Positions 40,337-49,671 of a stretch of DNA of 64,000 nt are shown here, one piece after another. This DNA is from Fibrobacterales bacterium (GTDB taxonomy: Bacteria; Fibrobacterota; Fibrobacteria; Fibrobacterales; JAOPTW01): positions 333,345 through 397,344 of the forward strand of contig JAOPTW010000013.1 of assembly GCA_051532035.1 (NCBI GenBank), read 5' to 3'. Numbering within the stretch: position 1 is the stretch's first letter; the number at the start of each line of letters is the position of its first letter. The notes beneath the pieces are model-generated. The model did no database searches. It saw nothing but the letters and a program-made list of their open reading frames with translations, and was not told the DNA's origin. The position numbers were made by a program, and so were the translations under genes.

Positions 40337-42076
40337 ATGTCAATCAAGAGAAAGTTATTTGCAATAAGTTCAATAATAACCGCGGCATTATTGTGCACAA
40401 TTACTGCATTAAACATATCCGAACACTACACCCAAAAAGAGAGTCATGCGCGAACCAATCGCTACCTTTCATTTGCATTAGCAGATGAATTTCGTCATAC
40501 CTCTATGGACCTTACTCGTCTGTGTCGCACTTTTGTATCGACCGGTCATTCAAAATATAAATCCATGTATTGGGATATTGTTAATTGGCGCTCTGGCAAA
40601 ATGACCCGTCCAGACTATGTAAACAATCAACTCCATCGTGGAGAAACAAAACCACAGCATGAAATCATGGTAGAACTCGGGTTTTCTAAAAAAGAATTCG
40701 CTCTCCTCGATCAAGCAGGTAAAGCTTCACAAGGACTCATTGCCACAGAAACACAGGCTATGACGATCATAGAAAATGGAACGTTTACAAAAGGACCTTT
40801 TACCTTAAAAGAAGGTGAAACACCACGGCAGTTTGCTATGCGTATCGTATTTGACGATAACTATCATCGCGAAGTCAAAAGCATCATGAAACCCGTAGAT
40901 GAATTTTTCACAGCTCTCGATATCCGTACGGGGGCCACGGTGTCTGAAGCGACCGCTAATGCCTCCTTTTGGCTTACGATTTCTATTACCTTACAAATCA
41001 TTGTAGCCCTCATATTCATTGGCTTTATTGTATACCTATGGAATAACGTACTCATGGCAATTATCGGATTAAAAAAGCAACTCGGATTTATTGCTGAAGG
41101 AGACCTCACTACCGACATCCAAGCAACACGCTCAGATGAAATTGGTGAAATGCAAACAGCTCTCAAAGAAATGGTCGCGAACTTTCTTTCACTCATTACC
41201 AAAATAAAATCTCACTCTACCGAAATCACTGAATCATCTCAAGAGCTGAGAACCAGAAGTCAAAGTGTATTTACTTCAGCAGAAGAAATGTCATCCAATT
41301 CATCAATCATTGTTGATAAAGCTAATGCAACGTCTTCCAACATAAATAATATTGCATCTAATACCGAAAATATGAGTGGATCAATTAACATTGTTGCCTC
41401 TGCGATTGAAGAAATGTCGAGTACGGTACAGGAGATAGCCCAGAACTGCCAAAGCGAACTCACTATCGCTTCCAATGCCAACACTCAAGTAAAACAAACC
41501 AATGAGATGATGAAAACTCTTGAAATATCTGCGTCAGAAATCGGCAAGGTTCTTGATGTCATCAAAAACATTGCCGACCAAACAAACCTTCTTGCACTGA
41601 ATGCAACCATCGAAGCAGCCTCAGCAGGCGACGCCGGAAAAGGTTTTGCCGTAGTAGCCAGTGAAGTTAAAGAACTCGCCAAACAAACAGCGAATGCTAC
41701 AGTCGAAATCGAAGCTCAAATTGCAACCATGCGAGAAAATACTAAGAATTCTGTTGCATCAATAATAGACATAACTGCAGTGATTGAAGAAGTGAATACC
41801 ATTTCACAAACCATAGTCAGTGCAGTGGAAGAGCAGAGTGCCACTATCAATGAAATCTCATCAAACGTTGGAACTATTAACCAATCGAGCCAAGAGTCCT
41901 CGGTGAATGTACAAGAATCAGCACAGAGCTTAAAGGGTGTTTCTGAAACCATAACTCAATTCAGTGATTCTCTTACTACCATTACCACCGAAATGGCACA
42001 AACAGAAAAAAAATCTGAGTCCCTCTCGGATATAGCCGAACAACTCGACCAATCAATTGATAAATTCAAGGTGTAG
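40337..42076 (+). CDS. Methyl-accepting chemotaxis protein
   Basis: Two TM helices, HAMP (DEIGEM), and [37 protein letters not shown]. Confidence 0.95.
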   Translation: MSIKRKLFAISSIITAALLCTITALNISEHYTQKESHARTNRYLSFALADEFRHTSMDLTRLCRTFVSTGHSKYKSMYWDIVNWRSGKMTRPDYVNNQLHRGETKPQHEIMVELGFSKKEFALLDQAGKASQGLIATETQAMTIIENGTFTKGPFTLKEGETPRQFAMRIVFDDNYHREVKSIMKPVDEFFTALDIRTGATVSEATANASFWLTISITLQIIVALIFIGFIVYLWNNVLMAIIGLKKQLGFIAEGDLTTDIQATRSDEIGEMQTALKEMVANFLSLITKIKSHSTEITESSQELRTRSQSVFTSAEEMSSNSSIIVDKANATSSNINNIASNTENMSGSINIVASAIEEMSSTVQEIAQNCQSELTIASNANTQVKQTNEMMKTLEISASEIGKVLDVIKNIADQTNLLALNATIEAASAGDAGKGFAVVASEVKELAKQTANATVEIEAQIATMRENTKNSVASIIDITAVIEEVNTISQTIVSAVEEQSATINEISSNVGTINQSSQESSVNVQESAQSLKGVSETITQFSDSLTTITTEMAQTEKKSESLSDIAEQLDQSIDKFKV

Positions 42077-42349
42077 CTCCCCATTTCAATAGATGATCAG
42101 TCAGAGTGCCGACCAGCCCTCCTCCCAATAGTGCCATTTCCATTGAGTATACATATAACCAATTGTTGTACGCTTATTTCCCCGTAGCACCCACAACACA
42201 CCTCAATAAACTCAATGAACCCCAAATATATGTCACCAAATGTCCACAGGATCTGTGGATTTCGGCTGAAAGCTCCCTATAGTATCCTTAAAAAAATGAA
42301 TATTAAGAGAGAGCATTGGGCACATGTTACACACCATCAAGGGACACAT

Positions 42350-44341
42350 ATGACAAAGGGTTTTCTCCTGCTGTATTCGATTGCAGTTATTTCAATTTTT
42401 CAATTAAGTGCTTGTAGCAACAACTCAGATTTAGTTAACCCCTCAGAAGACATAGATACCGTATCAAGTAATGAGTTACTCAGTAATACTCATTTAATGA
42501 GTTCGGATATCGTTCCCATAGATTCACAGGTACTCAGTAGTACTCATCAAAACCCTGATACTGTAACATTGAGTAGTGTTGCTCAGCAGAACAGCTCAGT
42601 ACGAGAACTATCTTCAGCTGAGGTACTCAATCAATCGTCATCCAGTAGCGCCCTGTCTTCGAGTAGTATTGTAGAAGCGCAGGTGAGTTCAGGTTCTGTT
42701 ATAATTGAGGTGGAAGATTATATTGACGCTTATGATGTAACTGTCGGTAACACCGGTAATACTTACAGAGAGGATGATGTTGACATTGGTCCTTCGAATT
42801 CCGGTCATGTCGTTGCCTGGGTTTCTGATACTGAATGGCTAGAATATACCTTTTCAGTACCTGAGGCAGGACTCTATGATTTAACCGTCTTTACTAGTAG
42901 TAAAAATGTTAGTTCAAAATGGATTGAATATACCGTAAATGGAAGTGCAGTTGGTGAGGTTACGGTACCCACTACAGGGAGCTTTGAACAGTGGCATGCC
43001 ACAACAGTAAAAGAGGTTTCCCTTTCTGATGGTGATACTCATACCTTAAGACTCACTTTAAGAGGTGAAGGATATAACCTTGATTATATCGAAATTAAAC
43101 CCTCTCAAGGTACCAAAGATACCATTCCATCTGAGAAGACTGAATTTGTTAATTGGGGACTACCTGGCCTCACTGTTCCTCATGGCTTTGGTGTTAATAT
43201 TCATTTTAATGGGAGCGAAGAACATTTTCCTCGATATCAAGAGGATCTCGACCTTATTGCCGAGGCGGGAATTAAAGTAATTCGTCAGGACCTTTTTTGG
43301 CACTGGATTGAAAATGAAAAAGGGGTATTATTTTGGGATCACTTTGATGAGCTGGTTGATGCGTGTGAACAACGTGGTTTACAGCTGCTGTTTATTCTCA
43401 CTTATTCAAATCAATTGTATGAAGAGCATATTAATTCAATATACACTCAGGAAGGGCGTGATGCCTGGACGCACTATGCAACGACTGCTGTTGAACGGTA
43501 TAAGGGCAAGAATATCGTTTGGGAGTTATGGAATGAACCGAATCTCTATATTTTCTGGTTGCCAGAACCTGATGTTGATGCATATATGGCACTTCTTGAT
43601 CAGGCGGTACCAGCTATTCGTGCGGTGGATCCCGATGCTATTCTCATGGCATCAGCGACATCTCATATCGACCTCGGGTGGATAGAGGAGACGTTTAAAC
43701 GGGGATTGCTCAATCATATTGATGCAGTATCGGTACACCCCTACCGTCATGAAGACCCAGAAACAGTTATCGGGGATTATTACAACCTCTTCAACCTCAT
43801 AAATGGATATACTGGAGGTCAAGGTAAACCAGTTGTCTCAAGTGAATGGGGGTACTCAAACATCAACTGGGACAATGCTCCTCTCGATGACTGGGAACAG
43901 GCGCGGCGTCTTGTACGAGAGCTTTTAACCAATATATCTATGGGTATTCACATAAGCATCTGGTATGACTGGATGAATGATGGAACCGACCCTGCTAACA
44001 GAGAACATAATTTCGGATTAGTAGAAAATGATCGAGTTCCTAAGTTAGCCTATTATGCATATAAGGCCTTAAATGAAACGCTCAATGGCTATACATTTTT
44101 GAGAAGTATTGATGCGGGAACACCGGGAGTCTACTTCCTTGAATTTGGAAAAGATGATGACCGCATCTATGTCTTTTGGAAACAAGGTGCCCATGAAGTG
44201 AGAGAGATACAATCGAGTATTGGTAACGTTGAGATTGTTTCTATGATGGGTGATACACAAACGATTACCTGGACTGGTACGGCATTTTCACACTTATTTA
44301 CCAATGCTCCGCAATATATGATTGTGCCTCGTTCTCAGTAG
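42350..44341 (+). CDS. Lipoprotein: Ser-rich linker, CBM6/35-like module and clan GH-A (GH5/GH39-like) glycoside hydrolase
   Basis: Lipobox LSAC. IEVEDY...YREDDVDI...WLEY. Acid/base WNEP, HPY and nucleophile SEWG. Confidence 0.82.
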   Translation: MTKGFLLLYSIAVISIFQLSACSNNSDLVNPSEDIDTVSSNELLSNTHLMSSDIVPIDSQVLSSTHQNPDTVTLSSVAQQNSSVRELSSAEVLNQSSSSSALSSSSIVEAQVSSGSVIIEVEDYIDAYDVTVGNTGNTYREDDVDIGPSNSGHVVAWVSDTEWLEYTFSVPEAGLYDLTVFTSSKNVSSKWIEYTVNGSAVGEVTVPTTGSFEQWHATTVKEVSLSDGDTHTLRLTLRGEGYNLDYIEIKPSQGTKDTIPSEKTEFVNWGLPGLTVPHGFGVNIHFNGSEEHFPRYQEDLDLIAEAGIKVIRQDLFWHWIENEKGVLFWDHFDELVDACEQRGLQLLFILTYSNQLYEEHINSIYTQEGRDAWTHYATTAVERYKGKNIVWELWNEPNLYIFWLPEPDVDAYMALLDQAVPAIRAVDPDAILMASATSHIDLGWIEETFKRGLLNHIDAVSVHPYRHEDPETVIGDYYNLFNLINGYTGGQGKPVVSSEWGYSNINWDNAPLDDWEQARRLVRELLTNISMGIHISIWYDWMNDGTDPANREHNFGLVENDRVPKLAYYAYKALNETLNGYTFLRSIDAGTPGVYFLEFGKDDDRIYVFWKQGAHEVREIQSSIGNVEIVSMMGDTQTITWTGTAFSHLFTNAPQYMIVPRSQ

Positions 44342-44388
44342 CAACTTCTTTGGGTAAATTTTTTCCTTTTTTCTTTTTTGTATAGTTC

Positions 44389-44448
44389 CCGGGCGTCGGC
44401 CCGGATGCGACCAGACCTTTTGGTTCCCCAAAAGACTGGACAAAAGGG
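44389..44448. repeat. GC-rich palindromic (REP/MITE-like) element
   Basis: CCGGG-CGTCGG-CCCGG hairpin followed by CCAG..CTTTTGG-TTCC-CCAAAAG.CTGG and a second CAAAAGG. Confidence 0.4.
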
Positions 44449-44847
44449 ATTCTTGCAGAAAGCCTCATTACAAATGCTTTGTACATCTGGTTCAGGTTAC
44501 ACTGCACTGTACCGATAAATAATGAATTGGTTTCTCTATTGCTGAGCATAAAATTTCATCGTGCACATGGTTGCGCTTTAACCTTTCAATAACGTGTGGG
44601 ACAATCTGTACTTCATTTTATTATATCGCTATGCAAGGCCGCGGTTGTAAAACGTGCTCCGCACATGGTAAAAGATTGATCGGACACAAAAACCCCAAAA
44701 GAATCCTGCCTCCAAACCCACAGTAACAACAGCTTAACAACAATGCATCGATAAATAGCAAAAAAGTACAAGACGTTTCACTGTAAGCTAACCTTTGAAA
44801 AGCTACTTTGACCCCACCAAACACACAAACGCAGACATAAGGAAAAA

Positions 44848-46605
44848 ATGAAAAAGTTATTATCAATGAAGGTGTTTATAGCACTTCTATTAACCAGTGT
44901 TGTTTCAACATTTGCTAGTACGTACGCAACAACGTTATCAAATGATAATGTATTACTCGAAATTAATATTAGTGAACCTAATGTTAATTATGTTCAACTG
45001 TCATTTATCAGTGCTTCTGTTTCAGGTGGCGGACAACAAAATGTTAATATTACAAACAGCAATTCCGCAGGAATGTATTCTTATCTTGTTGCAGGGGCTC
45101 AAGAAGGAGAAGAATTGCGTTATTCATTTCATTATCGGTATGAAGGCGGAAGCGCAGACAGCCCATGGGAAACCTATGTTGTTGGTGATACACGCAAATA
45201 TGATGTAACATGGATTGGGGAGTTCGATGACTACCCTTCAAATCCCAAAGATGGCTATGCGTTCTTTCATAGTATCGATCAAAAAAGTTACATCTATACT
45301 GATTCTGACTGGAACCTATTTGCAATAGGTGAACAAGGTGCTACAGGAGCCCAGGGCAACACTGGTATTCAAGGAATACAAGGTGACGTTGGAGCTCAGG
45401 GAATCCAAGGTGCAGCTGGAGCCCAAGGTGAAACTGGCGCAACAGGAGCTCAAGGTGAACGCGGAGATGACACCTGGAATCAAAATGGCTCTACGATAAC
45501 GTACACAAGATCGGGCGAGCTTGATCAGGTACAAGAGCAAATGAATGCTGGTTCTTATGGTATCGGCTTTGGCCAATCACGAAACTGGCAGTCATTTACT
45601 CCTGGAGTAACAGGAATATTTTCACAATTTGGCCTTCACATAAGGTGGAGCAATACAACTCCTGAAGTAACATTTAACCTCTATGAAGGTGAAGGCTTTA
45701 ATGGAACACTCCTCCACACTCAAACCATAACAGCAACTATAAATGGTGACTGGAATACCTTCGAAATCTCAGGTGCAGTAGAACTCACCGCTGGAGAACA
45801 ATATACATGGCAGTTACACTCTGACGCCAATCCAGCTGCAATCTGGATCCCTAATGGATCAGGCTATGCAGGTGGACGCAATGGACCCGATGGCGGCGAC
45901 TATGATTTTTCATTCAGAACCTATATGGCTTCAATTACTCCGGTATTAGTGGGAATCGGTACCTTAACCCCCAATGCGACACTTGATGTTGCTGGTGCAG
46001 TTGCAGTAAATGGTACAGAAGTTATAAATGAGGCAGGACAATGGGTTGGTGATGCAACGAACCTCGTTGGCCCACAAGGCGTACCAGGGTTACAAGGTGA
46101 GTCGGGAGACGATGCACCTGACCAGACTGCAGCAATTACTACCTTAACAACAGAGCTTGCTAGTTTAACAAGCAGATTAACGTTATTGGAAGCACTGTTT
46201 CCAATAGATCAAGTTATTGGGTATGTAGTATCAGAGGGTAGAACCTTTGTTCAATTAGAAACTGCTTTGGAGAACACGGAAGCTCAAAGCGCCTGTCAAG
46301 AACTCAATATGGACCTGGCGAAGATTGAATCACAAGTTCAAAATGATGCGGTTGCAAACTTGCTTGGTAGCACACCAAACTTATTAGGATGGATTGGTGC
46401 GAATGATAGTGCCACTGAAGGTGCATTTAAATGGAGAGATGACAGTGATGTAATCTATGTTCCGGCATGGTACCTGACAAATCCAAACGTTGAAATTAGG
46501 GATTGTGTTTCTATCGCTGGACTCAACACTTATCGTGGAACTCCTGGAATGTGGGAAACTGAAAGTTGTACTCAGACCGCCAGAAGACCTATTTGCTCTA
46601 ATTAA
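44848..46605 (+). CDS. Secreted collagen-like protein with N-terminal CBM56-like domain and C-terminal C-type lectin domain
   Basis: Signal peptide; GGGQQNV...YSFHY...SPW; 16 + 5 Gly-X-Y triplets; heptad LTTELASLTSRLTLLE; CTLD C...LAKI...WIGAND...EG.FKW...C...W...C...C. Confidence 0.8.
   Translation: MKKLLSMKVFIALLLTSVVSTFASTYATTLSNDNVLLEINISEPNVNYVQLSFISASVSGGGQQNVNITNSNSAGMYSYLVAGAQEGEELRYSFHYRYEGGSADSPWETYVVGDTRKYDVTWIGEFDDYPSNPKDGYAFFHSIDQKSYIYTDSDWNLFAIGEQGATGAQGNTGIQGIQGDVGAQGIQGAAGAQGETGATGAQGERGDDTWNQNGSTITYTRSGELDQVQEQMNAGSYGIGFGQSRNWQSFTPGVTGIFSQFGLHIRWSNTTPEVTFNLYEGEGFNGTLLHTQTITATINGDWNTFEISGAVELTAGEQYTWQLHSDANPAAIWIPNGSGYAGGRNGPDGGDYDFSFRTYMASITPVLVGIGTLTPNATLDVAGAVAVNGTEVINEAGQWVGDATNLVGPQGVPGLQGESGDDAPDQTAAITTLTTELASLTSRLTLLEALFPIDQVIGYVVSEGRTFVQLETALENTEAQSACQELNMDLAKIESQVQNDAVANLLGSTPNLLGWIGANDSATEGAFKWRDDSDVIYVPAWYLTNPNVEIRDCVSIAGLNTYRGTPGMWETESCTQTARRPICSN
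45328..45471 (+). repeat. Collagen Gly-X-Y repeat (16 triplets)
   Basis: GEQGATGAQGNTGIQGIQGDVGAQGIQGAAGAQGETGATGAQGERGDD. Confidence 0.92.
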
Positions 46606-46622
46606 TACCATAAAAATATTTC

Positions 46623-46659
46623 AGGCGAGCGTCGGTTGTAGTATCGACACTCGCCTTTT
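46623..46659 (+). terminator. Intrinsic terminator of the collagen/C-lectin gene
   Basis: AGGCGAG.GTCG...CGAC.CTCGCCT stem followed by TTT. Confidence 0.65.
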
Positions 46660-46904
46660 GTCTATATCCTTTCATAATTTCCTAATTACAATACGATAGT
46701 CTTACTCTCCCAGTTTAGAAGTTAAATCAAGAGCTGGTCTCAGCGCTATTATCCTAATATCTTACATATTCAGTTACTATAATCTAAGCTCAATCCTGTA
46801 GTATCCTACTCGTAGGAGTATTGAATAGTATCGAGAGGTTTAAGAGGTGTATAGGGTCATGGGTGTGAATAGAGTATTTTGTTCTTGCACTTCAGTGCAA
46901 GCAT

Positions 46905-46939
46905 AAAAAAACCGTTGTATCCAAAGAGAATACAACGGT
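46905..46939 (-). terminator. Intrinsic terminator of putP
   Basis: ACCGTTGTAT / ATACAACGGT stem with an A-run on the plus strand (U-tract on the minus strand). Confidence 0.8.
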
Positions 46940-46975
46940 GTCTGTATATTAATAATTTTTACCTATACCGCGGTC

Positions 46976-48379
46976 TTAAGCGGCAGTCTTAGACTTTGAT
47001 AACTGTAATCCAACAATAAGAACAATAAGTCCGGCAAGAACAGCAGGAAAGCCTTCAAAAATCATTCCTTGGAGTCCGAAAAAACGCCATGCCACAACGG
47101 TCAGTACACCAACGGCAATTGCTGAGAGACTTGTTGCTTCTGATGGTCTTTTACCTAAAGCAAGTACAATAAGCAGAGGAGAAAATGCAGATCCGAGAAC
47201 CGACCATGACATGATAACAATATCAAATACACTCTGATTATTCAATAAGGCAAGAGCCAGTACAAAGATTGTAATACCGACTGTTGCAAATTTATAATGA
47301 ATAGGTTTGTTTAATGTCTTACCAAAATCCTGAGTTATCGTTGCCGAGCAACTGAGTACCAATGAATCAGCCGTTGACATGGTTGCTGCAAAGATTCCCG
47401 CTAATACAAGACCCGTAAGAGGTGCTGGAAGCATCTCAAGAGCCATAGTAGGGAGTGCAAGTTCAGCGTCAAATGCACCAGTATCGGTGAGATATATTCT
47501 AGAAAAGAGGCCAACTACCGTAGCAAGAAACCAGAAAGCCACAAACCAGCCATAATACCATGATTTTGTTGCCACCATTGATTCATTTTTACCAAGTGAC
47601 ATAAAGCGACTCATTATATGAGGCTGACCCACTACTGAAAATCCCGCAAAAAGCCACCCTATCACAAACATAACGCCGCCGGTTACGCCGGGAAATGCCA
47701 GATCTTTAGGAAAAATATCAAGAAAATTAGGAAGTTGATTCATACGTTCAATAGATTCGCTCACTCCACCAAAATGGATAACCGAAACAATAACAAGAAT
47801 GGTCATAGCTGCCAACATCACAAAAGATTGCGCTGCATCTGTCCAGATAGAAGCCCTGATCCCCCCAGCAATACAATAGACCACAACGAGAATTGCTCCC
47901 ATAATTGCACCAGCCCATATTGGCCAATCAAAGAGCACATGCAGTGCCTTACTACCAGCTACCAGCTGTGCAGTTGCATACGTAGAGAGAAAGAAGAGCG
48001 ACAGAATTCCAATGACCTTCTGTACTTTGGCCTGCTTGACATTCCAGTTACTGAGTAAGCCCCCGTAACTAACCTCTCCCGTTTCAGAAGTTTTTAACTG
48101 CATTTTGCGATGTATAAAAAGTGCAGCAAGAAAATCCCCGGTAATCCAACCGATCATAAGCCAAATTGCAGAAAGGCCTGTTGTATAGGTATATCCAATA
48201 ACACCGATAAACATATAACCACTACTATTGGTAGCAAAGGCTGAAAGCCCTGCAAGCCATGGCTTTATCGAGTTACTTGCCAGATAGTAATCCTGTTTAG
48301 TCCCGGTGCCAAATTTCGATGACATTATACCGACAATCGTGAATCCGGCAAGAAAAATAAGGAATGATGCTAATAACAT
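46976..48379 (-). CDS. putP: Sodium/proline symporter (SSS family)
   Basis: Multi-TM protein. DYYLA, SGYMFIG, GGIRASIWTD, GQPHIMSRFM, AATMSTADS. Confidence 0.85.
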   Translation of the reverse strand: MLLASFLIFLAGFTIVGIMSSKFGTGTKQDYYLASNSIKPWLAGLSAFATNSSGYMFIGVIGYTYTTGLSAIWLMIGWITGDFLAALFIHRKMQLKTSETGEVSYGGLLSNWNVKQAKVQKVIGILSLFFLSTYATAQLVAGSKALHVLFDWPIWAGAIMGAILVVVYCIAGGIRASIWTDAAQSFVMLAAMTILVIVSVIHFGGVSESIERMNQLPNFLDIFPKDLAFPGVTGGVMFVIGWLFAGFSVVGQPHIMSRFMSLGKNESMVATKSWYYGWFVAFWFLATVVGLFSRIYLTDTGAFDAELALPTMALEMLPAPLTGLVLAGIFAATMSTADSLVLSCSATITQDFGKTLNKPIHYKFATVGITIFVLALALLNNQSVFDIVIMSWSVLGSAFSPLLIVLALGKRPSEATSLSAIAVGVLTVVAWRFFGLQGMIFEGFPAVLAGLIVLIVGLQLSKSKTAA

Positions 48380-48563
48380 AGTGAAAAGTCCTTTGGTTTT
48401 GATACAACACTTTGTGTGTATATACCTTATGCTCAGAGATCAAATTACCCCATTGACCCCGATTTTGTACCAAAGTAGCATAATACTCTTTTAAATCAAT
48501 ACTACTCTGTAAGAGATTACAATCCTGCGCAATCGTTTGTACAAATGATTATTGATGTTAAAG

Positions 48564-49592
48564 TTATGAGACCCGAAGAACCTTTGCGCCACGCACTTTT
48601 TTCTTTTTAATCTCACAGAGAGCACGATTTGCATTTTCAAGTTCAAATATTTCAATCTCGGGCTTAATATTAAGTGTTTCAGAAAGATCAAGAAACTCCT
48701 GAACATCTTTTCGACTAATATTGGCGACACTTTTAATCTCCTTTTCCATCCAGATATGTTCCTGATAATTAAGTTGTGCAAAAACGTCCTTGTCAGTGTC
48801 CTCTTTTTGTATTGCATTAATAACAAGCCTTCCTCCCGGTGTTAAACAGGCTAGGGCATTTACAACAGGGCTCCATGCCGGAGTTGTGTCAATAATAGCG
48901 TGAAGTTTTTCTGGCGGTTTTTCTTCTGTTTTCCCGGTCCAATAAGCGCCAAGTTCCTGTGCAAATTGAAGTTCAGGGTTACTCCTGGCAAAAACAAATA
49001 TTTTTGTATCTGGGTATAGATGCTGTGCCATTTTCAGCACAAGGTGTGCAGAAGCCCCAAAACCGGTAAGCCCCAGATTCATCCCATTTTTCAGATTTGT
49101 TAATCGTAGAGAGCGGTATCCAATTGCTCCTGCACATAACAGTGGGACGGCTTCTTCATTGGTTAATTTTTCTGGTATCGTATAAATAAAGCCTTCATTG
49201 GCTTTTACATATTCGGCATACCCTCCATCTACATCCTTGCCGGTTGCAATAAAATCACTGCATAGGTTTTCCTGATTATTCCGACAGAGTTCGCATTCCC
49301 CGCAGGCGCTGTAAATCCAGGCGAGCCCAACTCTCTGACCCACACTCCATTTGGTTACAGCATCACCAGTTTTTTCAATTATTCCGACGACCTGATGTCC
49401 TGGGATTACCGGCAGATTCGGAGGAGGCGTTCTACCTTCAATTTCATCAATTTCGGTATGGCAGACCCCACAAGCTAACACCCGAATAAGTACTTCATTT
49501 TCTCTGGGCACAGGTTTTGGCATCTCTTGAAGAGTTAAAGGGGCGTCGTTCTCTTTCAGACTATTAATATCATTCAGTATCATTGCTTTCAT
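48564..49592 (-). CDS. Zinc-dependent alcohol dehydrogenase (AdhP-like family)
   Basis: CGVCHTE, PGHQ, structural Zn CGECELC...C, LLCAGAIGYRSL, GFGASAH. Confidence 0.92.
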   Translation of the reverse strand: MKAMILNDINSLKENDAPLTLQEMPKPVPRENEVLIRVLACGVCHTEIDEIEGRTPPPNLPVIPGHQVVGIIEKTGDAVTKWSVGQRVGLAWIYSACGECELCRNNQENLCSDFIATGKDVDGGYAEYVKANEGFIYTIPEKLTNEEAVPLLCAGAIGYRSLRLTNLKNGMNLGLTGFGASAHLVLKMAQHLYPDTKIFVFARSNPELQFAQELGAYWTGKTEEKPPEKLHAIIDTTPAWSPVVNALACLTPGGRLVINAIQKEDTDKDVFAQLNYQEHIWMEKEIKSVANISRKDVQEFLDLSETLNIKPEIEIFELENANRALCEIKKKKVRGAKVLRVS

Positions 49593-49671
49593 GAAAACCC
49601 ATATTAAAAGTTAGAATTCATCATACCATATTAATGTGAATGATGGCTTTGAATTGATACATTTTAGTGTT

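Noticed and set aside
44630..44815. Partial resemblance to a c-di-GMP-I riboswitch upstream of the collectin-like gene
   Set aside because: The GGCAAA...GAAA...GACGCAAA P2 elements are absent and the stems do not pair convincingly.
46230..46605. C-type lectin as a diversity-generating retroelement target
   Set aside because: No reverse transcriptase or template repeat in the window; the domain is a WIG-type CTLD, not FGE/Mtd-like.
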